Shown: positions 37,508-46,931 of the stretch, one piece after another
How positions within the stretch are numbered: position 1 is the stretch's first letter
Layout of the letters: the number at the start of each line of letters is the position of its first letter
Virus record (IMG/VR): IMGVR_UViG_3300025669_000020
Span: 41,614 to 105,613 of that record
Strand: one strand, 5' to 3'
DNA: 64,000 bases
Source: a virus
Notes under the pieces: model-generated
The model's input: the letters and a program-made list of their open reading frames with translations, nothing else
Databases searched by the model: none
What the model was told of the DNA's origin: nothing
Translations under genes and position numbers: made by a program

Positions 37508-38197
37508 ATGGCCAGGATTACACGCCGAGGTGCCCGCAACGTCACGCTGGATCTCGACAAGATCGCTTCTCTGTTCCAGGATCACCACGAGCTGATGGGC
37601 ATCCCCCAGAAGATCGCTGCTGATTTCGCATATCGCTGTGACCTCATCTCCGACCATGTGGAGAGGCATGTCCTCGCCATGGAGAAGTCCGCAAGCGAAG
37701 AGGAAGAGGGAAAGGAAGCAACTGAGGCCGAGAAGCCTCAGACCCAGATCGATGATGATCCCGCATCCGACGACCAGAACAAGCCCGAGCACTACTACCA
37801 CGGGAAGAACGCCGAGGACGAGACCGGACTTTCGGTCGAGCCTACTGGCGGCTTTGACCCCAATGAGATCGCTGACAAGAAAAGCGGTCCCCTTGAGGCA
37901 CCTCCCGCAGAGGAAGGCGTCGAAGGCCACTTCACCCAGGTTAACTTCCAGCAGCTTTGCGACAAGGAAGAAGGCCCCGGTGTCGGAACCCAGGTCGACA
38001 AGTTCGCCGCCGAAGAAGCTGTACTTGCCGCCATGCTGGAAGAAGAAGGCATGACTGGCAAGGCCGCTGGCGACGACGATGACGAAGATGAGGAAGAGGA
38101 CTCCGATGAGGATGTCGAGAAGGAAGCCTCCGAGACGGAAGCCTCCGAGACGGAAGCCTCTACCGAGACCTTCCACGGCTACAACCTTTTCGCATAG
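37508..38197 (+). CDS. Acidic scaffold/core-like head protein
   Basis: Very acidic; KxA sites; EASET x3 repeat. Confidence 0.6.
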   Translation: MARITRRGARNVTLDLDKIASLFQDHHELMGIPQKIAADFAYRCDLISDHVERHVLAMEKSASEEEEGKEATEAEKPQTQIDDDPASDDQNKPEHYYHGKNAEDETGLSVEPTGGFDPNEIADKKSGPLEAPPAEEGVEGHFTQVNFQQLCDKEEGPGVGTQVDKFAAEEAVLAAMLEEEGMTGKAAGDDDDEDEEEDSDEDVEKEASETEASETEASTETFHGYNLFA

Positions 38198-38206
38198 GGG
38201 ATCACC

Positions 38207-38788
38207 TTGACCCATTCCCGTACCGCCGTGAACTACCAGGAGCGTGCAGCTGAATTTGCTGTGGGTGAAGAGGTGGAGACCGTCAACGGTACGCATGGGC
38301 GCATTGTGGCCCTCTGGCCTGCCATTGGCATGGCTGATGTGGAGTTCCCCAACGGGAGCCGTCGTATCCCTGTAGAAGAGATGTACCGGGCTCCTGGTAG
38401 CTGGGTAGCCTCTCCCCAGGGCGAGACTGTTCCAGGGGGACTCCCCACCGTTTCTGTTCCTGGTGGCTCTGTCGCTCCTATCCCCCCTCCCGTCAAGAAG
38501 ACCGCTTCCCCACAGTCCCAAGAGCGCGTTGCTCGGGCTTTTGTGAAGAGGGCTCTCTACTGGGCAGGGAAGGACAGGCAGTACAGGGCTTCTGGTGATG
38601 AGGTCGATTCAGGACTCTACTGCTGCCCCAAGTGCAAGGCACGGGGGGAAGAAATCCCAATGAGACGTGCGATCTACAAGCGGCGCAATGGTTGTAGTGA
38701 TCGGCTCTTGGGATGTCCCTCCTGCATGTTCTTGATCAAGCGGTCGGATGTCCTGAATGACCCCACATACCAGGTAGAGGTTGTCTGA
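38207..38788 (+). CDS. Hypothetical virion protein with SH3-like and Zn-ribbon parts
   Basis: CPKC...CPSC; RVARAFVKRA tag. Confidence 0.6.
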   Translation: MTHSRTAVNYQERAAEFAVGEEVETVNGTHGRIVALWPAIGMADVEFPNGSRRIPVEEMYRAPGSWVASPQGETVPGGLPTVSVPGGSVAPIPPPVKKTASPQSQERVARAFVKRALYWAGKDRQYRASGDEVDSGLYCCPKCKARGEEIPMRRAIYKRRNGCSDRLLGCPSCMFLIKRSDVLNDPTYQVEVV

Positions 38789-40395
38789 TGGCGTTCCTTC
38801 GCACAGCCTCCGCCTTGGTAGTACAGCCATCCATCAGCCCCAAGGGCTGGGGGAGGGTTCGTACAGCTTCCAAGGTAGAGGGAGCACCCTCCAAGAATCT
38901 GTCGGCACAAGCCAGCGAGATTCTCGGCACAGATTTTGACCCGTCCAAGTACCTGCTGACCCATTGCACCATCGTCGCCTCCGTGAATGTCGAGTCTGTC
39001 CCCAACGTGAAGTTGGGTTCTCTCACAGAGGATGGTCACAAGGTCAACCGCAAGTACGTTGACTACCGTGTCAGCTCCGACACGGACAAGTACATCAACA
39101 ACAACCTGGACTGCTTCGGGCGGGACGTGCTGCTGGACAGCTACTCCACGTTCATCGGGGCACAGAACTATCAGGAACATGTTCAGGTCGAAGCCATGTC
39201 CAAGGGCCGCATCATCGATGCCGTAGCCCGTGACATTGGCGACTCCATCTATGTCGATATCCTGGTGGCCACGGATCGGAAGCATACCGAGCTGGTCAAG
39301 GATATCGAAGCAGGCAAACTCGGCACACTCTCCATGGGTTGCAGTGTAGATGAGACCATCTGCACCAAGTGCGGCAACGTCGCCGTGGACGAGACCGAGC
39401 TTTGCCATCATGTCCGCTACGAGAAGGGCAACATCTTCTATGACGACAAGGGGCATCAGCACCGTGTCGCGGAGCTGTGCGGACACCCCTCTATCGAGCC
39501 CCATGGTGGAGTGACCTTCATCGAGGCTTCCTGGGTTGCAGCACCCGCTTTCACTGGCGCGGTCTTGCGGAACATCATCCACCCCGGCGATCTGACAGAC
39601 AAGCAGGCTTCCCGAATCCAGGAAATCCTGAACACCCCTCCCTGTGACTGGACTGACAGCTGTGGTATCGCCAAGGCTGCCTCCGAGACCACGAGTGAGC
39701 GGGTTGTCGGCAAGGTCGCAAATCCTGCTGTTCAACACACCCTGGTCCTTGACCCCCATCGTCAGGCAGGCACCCCCGTGGATGCTTTCAACTTCGATGA
39801 GCCGGGCGGTGACGAAGGCGGCGGTGACGAAGGCGGCGGTGAAGAGGCTGAGAAGCCCAAGGAAGAGAGCCCTCTGCACCAACTAGAGGATGATGTCCTC
39901 CATGAGGTAGTGGACAGGGTCAAGACCCGTGTCCGTGAGGACTTGGAGCGGGACAAGGATAAGGATGCCCCTGTAGTGGCTCCCACCTTTGCTCCTAACG
40001 ATACTCTCATCAAGGAAGCTCGTAAGAAAGCAGCACGCTCTTTGCAGCGTGTCCGTGTTGCGGCAGCCAAGCAAGCCTACAGGCAGGCATATTGGGCAGC
40101 CACAGCTACGTTGACGAAGACTGCTACTTCCGATGCAGACCTTGTGAACAGTGTGGCAGTACTGGACGGCAACTTTGGGATTAACGTCCCTGTGGATGTC
40201 TACCAGGCAGCCCTTTCGGTCGGTTCTGCCGATAACTACCCTACTGTGGGGAAATTCCTGACCGCGTGTAAGAGCACGGTGAGGCGTCCTATCAGTCTCC
40301 AGGATGCCAAGGCGTTCATCCGCCTCGGTAAAATCCTATCCCACGCGGAGGCAGTTTCCTCCGTTTGCCTACCCCCAAAAAGCAGGAGTGTGTGA
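38788..40395 (+). CDS. Prohead maturation protease (HK97/assemblin-like with Zn finger)
   Basis: NYQEH, GRIIDA, TLSMGC..CTKCG..C.H, FIEASWVAAPAF; upstream of scaffold and MCP. Confidence 0.7.
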   Translation: MAFLRTASALVVQPSISPKGWGRVRTASKVEGAPSKNLSAQASEILGTDFDPSKYLLTHCTIVASVNVESVPNVKLGSLTEDGHKVNRKYVDYRVSSDTDKYINNNLDCFGRDVLLDSYSTFIGAQNYQEHVQVEAMSKGRIIDAVARDIGDSIYVDILVATDRKHTELVKDIEAGKLGTLSMGCSVDETICTKCGNVAVDETELCHHVRYEKGNIFYDDKGHQHRVAELCGHPSIEPHGGVTFIEASWVAAPAFTGAVLRNIIHPGDLTDKQASRIQEILNTPPCDWTDSCGIAKAASETTSERVVGKVANPAVQHTLVLDPHRQAGTPVDAFNFDEPGGDEGGGDEGGGEEAEKPKEESPLHQLEDDVLHEVVDRVKTRVREDLERDKDKDAPVVAPTFAPNDTLIKEARKKAARSLQRVRVAAAKQAYRQAYWAATATLTKTATSDADLVNSVAVLDGNFGINVPVDVYQAALSVGSADNYPTVGKFLTACKSTVRRPISLQDAKAFIRLGKILSHAEAVSSVCLPPKSRSV

Positions 40396-41573
40396 TGAGC
40401 ACGCGTAACCGCATGACGTGGGACGGTGAGGAAAAGCGCGCCTCCCTCCCGGTCGAAGAAGCCGACAAGAGGGCATCCGCCCCCCCCGCCGTCCCCATGG
40501 ACCCTGACCACCCCGCCGCCAAGCCCGACCCCGATGAGCATCACTACGAGAATGGTGACACCTCCTCATGGGCCGAAGACCCGACGACTGGTCCCTACCC
40601 CAACAGCGAGGCCCCCGCGGTTCCCACCGATACGGGCCACCCCGCTGCCAAGCAGGCTGCTGACATTCGTGTCGCCGCTGAGAAGAAGGCTGCCAAGTGC
40701 ATCCGCATCGCGCAGACCCTTCTCGTTGGCTTGGATGTCCCCACCATCGAAGACCAGGCCCTTGAGCTGATGGATCTCCCCGATGTCTCCCTGGACGCTA
40801 CCCTCCGCCGGATGGAAGCTGCCCATGAGGACGAGGAAGTCCTGCTCCGCAAGATGCTGGCTGGTGATGAGGATGAGGAAGAGGAAGAGGGCAAGGAAGC
40901 CACCGATGTGGAAGCAGCCGATGAGTCCGACAAGGACGCCTCGACTGACCGCATGGCCGAAGTCCTGACCGCTCTCCGCGACCTCCAGGGTCAGCTCGAC
41001 ACCCTCCGCAACCCCGTGGTCGCTGGCGAAGACGCCGATGACGATGAGGATGAGGATGGGGACAAGGCTGCCGAAGTCGTGGAAGAGGACGAAGAGGAAG
41101 TCCTCTTGGCCCAGATGTTGGCGGAGCTGGACTCCGGCTGCGAAGGCTGCAACGAGAACGCCATGGAAGAGGAAATGGTCGAAGAGGTGGCAGAGGTCGC
41201 CCCCGAAGCCATGATGGACATCGTGGATGATGAGATGATCATCGAAGACGATCCCATGATGGACGCCGAGACTGACATCAGCCTGGAAATGATGGATGAC
41301 CCCATGGGTCTGGGCGGCACCAACGACATCCTCCCCGAGGACGAGATGGCACTGGCCAATCTGTTCCACCAGGCAGACGACAAGGTCGCTGGCGAAGAGG
41401 CCAAGGACGACAAGGACGACAAGGAAGCTGCCGAGCGTCCCCAGCCCAAGAAGGCAGGCACTGGCCCCAAGACTCTGGGCAACCAGACCATGACCAAGAG
41501 CGCCTCCAACGAGATGAACGAACTCGGCAAGCTCTGGGAGACCGCTCCCGACGTGACCAAGTTCTTCGAGTAG
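40395..41573 (+). CDS. Capsid scaffolding protein
   Basis: Highly acidic, between protease and capsid genes, many K-x-A sites. Confidence 0.65.
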   Translation: MSTRNRMTWDGEEKRASLPVEEADKRASAPPAVPMDPDHPAAKPDPDEHHYENGDTSSWAEDPTTGPYPNSEAPAVPTDTGHPAAKQAADIRVAAEKKAAKCIRIAQTLLVGLDVPTIEDQALELMDLPDVSLDATLRRMEAAHEDEEVLLRKMLAGDEDEEEEEGKEATDVEAADESDKDASTDRMAEVLTALRDLQGQLDTLRNPVVAGEDADDDEDEDGDKAAEVVEEDEEEVLLAQMLAELDSGCEGCNENAMEEEMVEEVAEVAPEAMMDIVDDEMIIEDDPMMDAETDISLEMMDDPMGLGGTNDILPEDEMALANLFHQADDKVAGEEAKDDKDDKEAAERPQPKKAGTGPKTLGNQTMTKSASNEMNELGKLWETAPDVTKFFE

Positions 41574-41583
41574 CACAGTGACT

Positions 41584-41660
41584 TTCCAGTAGTGGGGGTT
41601 TGTTCCCCCCTCTACAGGAACAAATATCGGCCCGGTAGGACTTTTCTTCCTACCGGGCCG
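41584..41660 (+). terminator. Two tandem hairpins after the scaffold gene (terminator/processing site)
   Basis: Perfect 13-bp stem CGGCCCGGTAGGA/TCCTACCGGGCCG at 41628-41660, plus a hairpin at 41584-41620. Confidence 0.6.
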
Positions 41661-41798
41661 AAGTTCTTCTCAATATCCCTTCAATAACGCGGGGACTTAG
41701 TGACGGAACAAGTTTGGATGAGGTTGTCTCACCCAACAGTTTCCGCGCCCCCCCCCACCGTCCCTGTAAACAGGGAGCGGTCGCATGAAGGAGACAAC

Positions 41799-42464
41799 AT
41801 GCCTCTGCTTGGACAGGCGAGTGGTGCATGGACTGAATCTTCCTCCGCGCTGCGGATTCTCCACCTTGGTGTTCGTAACACCGTGGGAATCCTGACGGAC
41901 GACAGTTTCACCCAGACCAATCCGCCCACCGTCGTGGTGACCACCACTATCTCTACCCAGGTTGACACTAGTGTCCTGGGCGTGATGAGTGGTTCCATCG
42001 CGTTCACGCGCCCAGACCAGGGTGCCAACTACGTCGGCGGTAACGCCGAGACCCTCGCTGTCGCCGCACAGGAGCGCCTCGTGCGTCCCCTGGGCTGCTT
42101 CATCAACTCGGCTGCTGGCAACGCATACGAGAACCTCCCCGCCTCCGCTTCTGGCAAGGGCCCCTACGTTTCGGCGCAGGGCACCTACGGAAATGCTCTC
42201 TTCGAGACGCAGTTCCTGGCCAACCCGGTCGCAGGTGCTGGCGCTGCAGGTGACCCCATCACCTACACCACGGGCCTCGCGCTCGCGGCTTCCAGGAATG
42301 GCTTCCTCTGTCCCACTTGGGACGTGGTGAACGGTCAGACCCTGGATGACGCTGGCATCATGGCTGAAATCGAACACGGTTGGGCTGCGTCCACCATCAT
42401 CGGCATCCTCAAGATGCCTGCTGATGCAACGCAGGGCGAAATCGTCTACGACCAGCGGATCTAG
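41799..42464 (+). CDS. Head decoration/cement protein
   Basis: AAGGAG RBS, directly before MCP, beta-rich. Confidence 0.6.
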   Translation: MPLLGQASGAWTESSSALRILHLGVRNTVGILTDDSFTQTNPPTVVVTTTISTQVDTSVLGVMSGSIAFTRPDQGANYVGGNAETLAVAAQERLVRPLGCFINSAAGNAYENLPASASGKGPYVSAQGTYGNALFETQFLANPVAGAGAAGDPITYTTGLALAASRNGFLCPTWDVVNGQTLDDAGIMAEIEHGWAASTIIGILKMPADATQGEIVYDQRI

Positions 42465-42473
42465 GAGAAGATC

Positions 42474-43349
42474 ATGAGCAACGTATCCAACGCTGCAAAG
42501 CAGCAGATCATCTCCGAGTTCATCAAGACCCCCCAGGGTCGCGCTAAGCTCGCAGCCTCGATGACCCAGCCTCTGCGCCTCCGCCGGGACTACACCGCAG
42601 TCGGTCGTAAGACCTTCCTCGTGGAACAGCTCCCTGACGGCGCACTGCCCATCTACGACAAGGACCCCGATGTGACGGCATACGTCGTTGGTGAAGAAGG
42701 CGAGAACATCCTCGCAGTCACCAAGCCTCGCCGTGTCATCTTCCCCCTCTTCGAGATCGCATCCAACCCCGAGATCCCGCTCACGCAGATCAAGGAACGT
42801 CGGTTCGACCTCATCGAGCGCGCCCAGGACTTGGCCCGTGCCCAGATCCAGGCAGCAGAAGACGAGCGTGTCTTCGCAGTGCTCGACAGCATCGCCACCA
42901 ACGGCTTCGACTCCGTGGCTGGCGGCACCAACCCTGACATCCCCGTGGTCGCTCCGATCTCTGGTGCTGTCCTGGCTGATGCCTTCGCACTGATCGAGCG
43001 TCATGACCTTCATGTCGCTCGCGTGTTCATGAACGCTCGGGACTACGCGGACCTCCGCAAGTTCGGTCGCGACATCCTGGACATCGAATCCCAGCGCGAT
43101 TTGTTGAAGACCGGCCTGATGGCAACCCTCTGGGGAGCACAGATCATCGTCAGCCGCCTCGTGCCTGTCGGAACGGTCTATGTGTGTTGCGAACCGGAAA
43201 TGTTCGGCCGCATCCCCGTTCGCATTGAGCTGACAGTTCTCAGCGCAGACGACCCGAAGGCTCGCACCATCGGCTTCTCCTGCTTCGAGAACCTCGGTAT
43301 CGGCGCGTTCAACCCCCGTGGTCTGACCCGTCTGACGATCACCCGTTAG
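42474..43349 (+). CDS. Major capsid protein (HK97 fold)
   Basis: Position; LPIYDKD, FEIASNPEI, RRFDLIERAQ..A.IQAAED, LWGAQIIVS..VP.GTVY. Confidence 0.85.
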   Translation: MSNVSNAAKQQIISEFIKTPQGRAKLAASMTQPLRLRRDYTAVGRKTFLVEQLPDGALPIYDKDPDVTAYVVGEEGENILAVTKPRRVIFPLFEIASNPEIPLTQIKERRFDLIERAQDLARAQIQAAEDERVFAVLDSIATNGFDSVAGGTNPDIPVVAPISGAVLADAFALIERHDLHVARVFMNARDYADLRKFGRDILDIESQRDLLKTGLMATLWGAQIIVSRLVPVGTVYVCCEPEMFGRIPVRIELTVLSADDPKARTIGFSCFENLGIGAFNPRGLTRLTITR

Positions 43350-43374
43350 TCATAGTAGAACCTCGGTTCTCAAC

Positions 43375-43402
43375 GAGCCCTCGGCCTTCGGGTCGGGGGT
43401 TC
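43375..43402 (+). terminator. Hairpin terminator after MCP
   Basis: GAGCCCTCGGCC-TTCG-GGTCGGGGGTTC. Confidence 0.6.
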
Positions 43403-43481
43403 TGTGCATTCGGGGGTTGCTGTCGTGCCCTCTCTTCCTTTGCTCTTGCTTTATTTTCTTTGCCTTGTGTCCTGAACCCTG

Positions 43482-43510
43482 TTGAAAACCTGTTGGCTTG
43501 TAGGTATAGT
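43482..43510 (+). promoter_or_regulatory. Sigma70-type promoter
   Basis: TTGAAA-N17-TATAGT. Confidence 0.65.
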
Positions 43511-43544
43511 AGGTTACCCCTAAACACCGACAAGGCTAAAGGTT

Positions 43545-44696
43545 ATGGCATCTGACAAAACAAACACACCTAAAGTATATGGGGCTTTCCGCAGGGTGGT
43601 CACACCAGAGGTCTTGCGAAAGCTGTATTTGGAGCAGAATGATGCCGAGATCGCTGCCCTCTATGGTGTCTCAGATGCCCTGGTCTCCCGGTACAGAAAG
43701 CAGTGGGGGATCCAAACACTGAATCCCAGACAACGAAGGGACCAAGTACGGGAAGCACAGGGTTTGCCCACAATTGAGGATCTGACACCTGTGGTCCTTG
43801 CAGACATCTATTCCAGAATGGGGGATGCCCAGATCGGGAAGATGTATGGGGTGAGCAAGCCTGTGATCGTGAGGTTGCGGCAGAGGTGGGGTATCCACAC
43901 CTTGACCAAAACACAGAGGGCTACACAGGAGGGGCCTTTGTCAGAGGGGCAGCAGGAGACATTGATAGGTGTTCTGCTCGGGGATGGACATGTCACAGCA
44001 CGGGGCTCTTTTCAGGTGGGGCACTCCCATTCCCAGGTGGGGTACGTCCACCATCTGTATGACCTGTGGGCTCCTTTGAGCAGGCCTGTTCAGTTTGGGG
44101 AGAAGATCATGGACAGCGGCACTGTGGCGTACACGTTCCTTCTGCGGACAGCACCACACAAATGGCTCCAGTACCTTCGCAAGCTGTTTTATCCACAGGG
44201 AGTCAAGGTCTTCCCAGAGAGCATCCTGACACACCTGAGTGCCCGGTCCTTGGCCTACTGGTACTTTGATGATGGCCACTTGGATTCAGGGTTGCCTTCA
44301 ATTGCACTGGGGGACATCACGGTAGCCGCTGCCGATGATGTGGCACGGCGGGTAGGGAAGCGGTTTGGGTTGGATGCCTACATCCGCCCACAGTCCACAG
44401 AGACCTGTAAAATCCTCGGGGTGCGAGCTGGGAGTACGGATCTGTTCTTTTCCCTTGTCCGCTCTTACCTGATCCCCGAGATGGCCCACAAGTACCCTGC
44501 CAAACAGCGTCCCGTGGGCACTGTTCCTGTACGCCCCCGCTTGACATTGGAACCTGTGAAGATGCCCCTAGACCTGACAACACGCTCCAAAGAATGGGGG
44601 CATCTGGGAGAAGAGGGGCAGGAGCATCTGTTGGATGATCTGGTGGCTTTCTGGCACCAGCAAGGGTTTCCGTACCGTTTAACAAAACTTAGGTGA
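43545..44696 (+). CDS. HTH x2 + LAGLIDADG homing-endonuclease-like protein, C-terminus cut by IS607
   Basis: Two D..I...YGVS...V...R..WGI repeats; LIGVLLGDGH and LAYWYFDDGH; last codons come from the IS end. Confidence 0.75.
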   Translation: MASDKTNTPKVYGAFRRVVTPEVLRKLYLEQNDAEIAALYGVSDALVSRYRKQWGIQTLNPRQRRDQVREAQGLPTIEDLTPVVLADIYSRMGDAQIGKMYGVSKPVIVRLRQRWGIHTLTKTQRATQEGPLSEGQQETLIGVLLGDGHVTARGSFQVGHSHSQVGYVHHLYDLWAPLSRPVQFGEKIMDSGTVAYTFLLRTAPHKWLQYLRKLFYPQGVKVFPESILTHLSARSLAYWYFDDGHLDSGLPSIALGDITVAAADDVARRVGKRFGLDAYIRPQSTETCKILGVRAGSTDLFFSLVRSYLIPEMAHKYPAKQRPVGTVPVRPRLTLEPVKMPLDLTTRSKEWGHLGEEGQEHLLDDLVAFWHQQGFPYRLTKLR

Positions 44697-45990
44697 TCCT
44701 ATGCTCTGTTACCGTCTCTTGCGAGATCGGCCCCCGGTCTGACTCTCCCCGAAGGGAAATGCCGGGTTCCTGCTTCACCGAGGTCTGCCTCCGTATCGCA
44801 AGCGATACGGAAGGTCTCACGTCCTCTCCACAGGCGTTTTTAGTGAGGTCCGACGAACTGGCGGCCCTCAAGATGTTGATCGCAGCATTGAGGTCAGCAT
44901 TGGCCTCGTGCCCGCAAGACAAGCAGCAGAACTCGCTCTGCGAAGTCCGATTGTCCTTCTCGACGTGCCCACACGCTGAACACCGCTGGCTGGTGTAGTG
45001 GGGTGGAACAGCCACGACTTCACAGCCGTAGAGTTTCCCTTTGTACTCCAACAACCTACGGAACTCCCCGAAGGCGGCATCCAGCACGACCCGGTTGAGG
45101 CCACGTTTTCGCGAGCCTCCCCCAGCCGTCATGTTCCGCACCTTCAAGTCCTCGATCACAACCTTGCCGTGGCTTTTGGCAAGCATAGTCGTGGCCTTGT
45201 GGAGTACATCACGTCGAACATTCCGAACCCGAGCATGGGCACGGGCGAGCTTCGCCCTAGCCTTGCCCCGGTTCTTCGACCCCCTCTTCTTTCTGCTCAC
45301 CTCCTGTTGAAGCCTCTTGATCTTCTTTTGCCCTTTCTGGAGGGCTCTCGGATTCTCGATGACCGTCCCGTCCGACAAGGCAGCCAACCGAGCCACGCCG
45401 AGATCCAGTCCCACAGGGGGGTTCCCGTTCGGCACTGCCGCTCCCACAACTTCGGGCCCGACGACGGAAACGAACCATCGTCCTGCCTTCTCGGTCACAG
45501 AGACCTGAGCATGCTTCCCCCATGGGAGGTAGCCACGCTCTCCCGGCTGGAACTTCACCTTCCCGATGACTGGGAGCTGGACGGTCCTGTGATCAACCTT
45601 GATGGTGCCGGTCAGGCGGAACCCGCCGACGCCCCTGCTCCTCGACTTGAACCTTGGGTACTTGGCTCGTCCTGACAGGAAGTTCTTGAAGGCCCGGTCG
45701 AGATCACGAAGGGCTTCCTGCGGTGCCGCTTTGCTAGCCTCGTACATCCAAGGGATGCCGCCCTCTTCGGGGCTGGCTTTCTTCAAGACGTTGAGGTCGC
45801 GGTGGAGAGAGATGGCGTTCAGCCATCCTTTCCACTTCTTCGGCTTGCCCTCAGTCACCCATTGCTCGTAGGCGTCCCGATGCTGACGGAGCCCCCAGTT
45901 ATACGCCCACCGAGCGTTGCCCGCATGTTGGAGAAGGGCCTGCCTCTGGCGAGGAGTCGGCCTGATCTCCGCTCGGTAGGCGAGCCTCAC
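44689..45990 (-). CDS. tnpB: TnpB RNA-guided endonuclease
   Basis: AYRAEIRP..Q...HAG.ARWAYNWGL, RuvC VGLDLG, VVIEDL, TSQRCSACG, DLNAAINI; GTG overlaps tnpA stop. Confidence 0.92.
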   Translation of the reverse strand: MRLAYRAEIRPTPRQRQALLQHAGNARWAYNWGLRQHRDAYEQWVTEGKPKKWKGWLNAISLHRDLNVLKKASPEEGGIPWMYEASKAAPQEALRDLDRAFKNFLSGRAKYPRFKSRSRGVGGFRLTGTIKVDHRTVQLPVIGKVKFQPGERGYLPWGKHAQVSVTEKAGRWFVSVVGPEVVGAAVPNGNPPVGLDLGVARLAALSDGTVIENPRALQKGQKKIKRLQQEVSRKKRGSKNRGKARAKLARAHARVRNVRRDVLHKATTMLAKSHGKVVIEDLKVRNMTAGGGSRKRGLNRVVLDAAFGEFRRLLEYKGKLYGCEVVAVPPHYTSQRCSACGHVEKDNRTSQSEFCCLSCGHEANADLNAAINILRAASSSDLTKNACGEDVRPSVSLAIRRQTSVKQEPGISLRGESDRGPISQETVTEHRIT

Positions 45991-46628
45991 TGGTCGGCCT
46001 CGACTTCTGCCTTCGCTCGTTTCCGGTTTTCGGCTGAGCGTCGCCCGTAGATACGAGCGGAGAACGATGCCATCAGCGAGAGGATGTCTTCGACAAGCTC
46101 CTCCTGATAGGACTTCCCGAGAGTCTCCTGTACCCACTCGATCTCGACGCCGTGGCTGTCGAAGTAGGCCGCGAGGAGGCCACCTCCGAACCGGGAAAGC
46201 CGATCTTTGTGTTCGACCACCACCCGGTCGATCTTGTGTTCGTTGACGAGCTTGAACAGCTTGCGGAGTCGAGGGCGGTTCTCCGACATGCCCGAGCCCA
46301 CGTCTTCCAGGACGGCGACCAGCTTGTAGCCTTGTTTGACACAGTGGGTCGTGACCCGCCCGACCTGACGTTCTAAATCGCCTTTCTTCTTTTGGTCGTG
46401 GCTGCTCACCCGACAGTAGATGGCGGCACGAACCTCGGTGGCTCCTTCCCCTGACACGTCTTGCCCTTGTAGAGCCTCGATGACCGAGAGCTTGTAGCGA
46501 CGGTGGTTCCCAAGAGTTCGTTCGGCCACTAGGCGGCCTTCCTCGTCCCAACGACGTAAGGTGTCGGGATGGACACCGAGCATCTCTGCTGCGGCACGGA
46601 CACGGAGGAGTCGGTCAGCCTTCGGCAT
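45987..46628 (-). CDS. tnpA: IS607 serine recombinase TnpA
   Basis: MerR-like HTH (LGVHPDTLRRWD), YCRVSS, DVGSG, HKDRLSRFG, ELVED..SFSARIYGRRS. Confidence 0.92.
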   Translation of the reverse strand: MPKADRLLRVRAAAEMLGVHPDTLRRWDEEGRLVAERTLGNHRRYKLSVIEALQGQDVSGEGATEVRAAIYCRVSSHDQKKKGDLERQVGRVTTHCVKQGYKLVAVLEDVGSGMSENRPRLRKLFKLVNEHKIDRVVVEHKDRLSRFGGGLLAAYFDSHGVEIEWVQETLGKSYQEELVEDILSLMASFSARIYGRRSAENRKRAKAEVEADQ

Positions 46629-46815
46629 CGGACTCCCCGTCGGGACCGAGAAGACCTTCTGCCTGGAAGACGGAGTGCCATCGGTCGTACCACTCTTGGA
46701 ACTCCTCGACGGTCGGCACTTCATCTTTGTCAAAGGGGATCGCGTGCGGGACGGTTCTTCCATCCTCGGTCTTGAATTCGGTTTCGGTGACTTGGGTGAT
46801 CACGGTCGGGGCCAT
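46615..46815 (-). CDS. Small acidic protein upstream of and overlapping tnpA
   Basis: AGGAG/GAGG RBS; 66 aa. Confidence 0.55.
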   Translation of the reverse strand: MAPTVITQVTETEFKTEDGRTVPHAIPFDKDEVPTVEEFQEWYDRWHSVFQAEGLLGPDGESDAEG

Positions 46816-46931
46816 CCTCTACTCCTATGGCGGTCGTATAAACGAACTACCGTAGAATACCCGCGTTCACCTAAGTTCCTCGCTACTGTTCAAGAACCCC
46901 TACGAGAAGCCGCATGTCTTCGGTCATGGTC

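Larger units (their letters stand above)
44675..46900 (-). mobile_element. IS607-family element (left end approximate)
   Basis: tnpA+tnpB; right end TAAGTTTTGTTAAACGG; inverted 11-mer AACTTAGGTGA at 44686 and 46867. Confidence 0.8.

Noticed and set aside
45991-46551. 620-aa extended TnpB from the ORF track
   Set aside because: The extension overlaps tnpA in another frame; the likely start is GTG 45990 coupled to the tnpA stop
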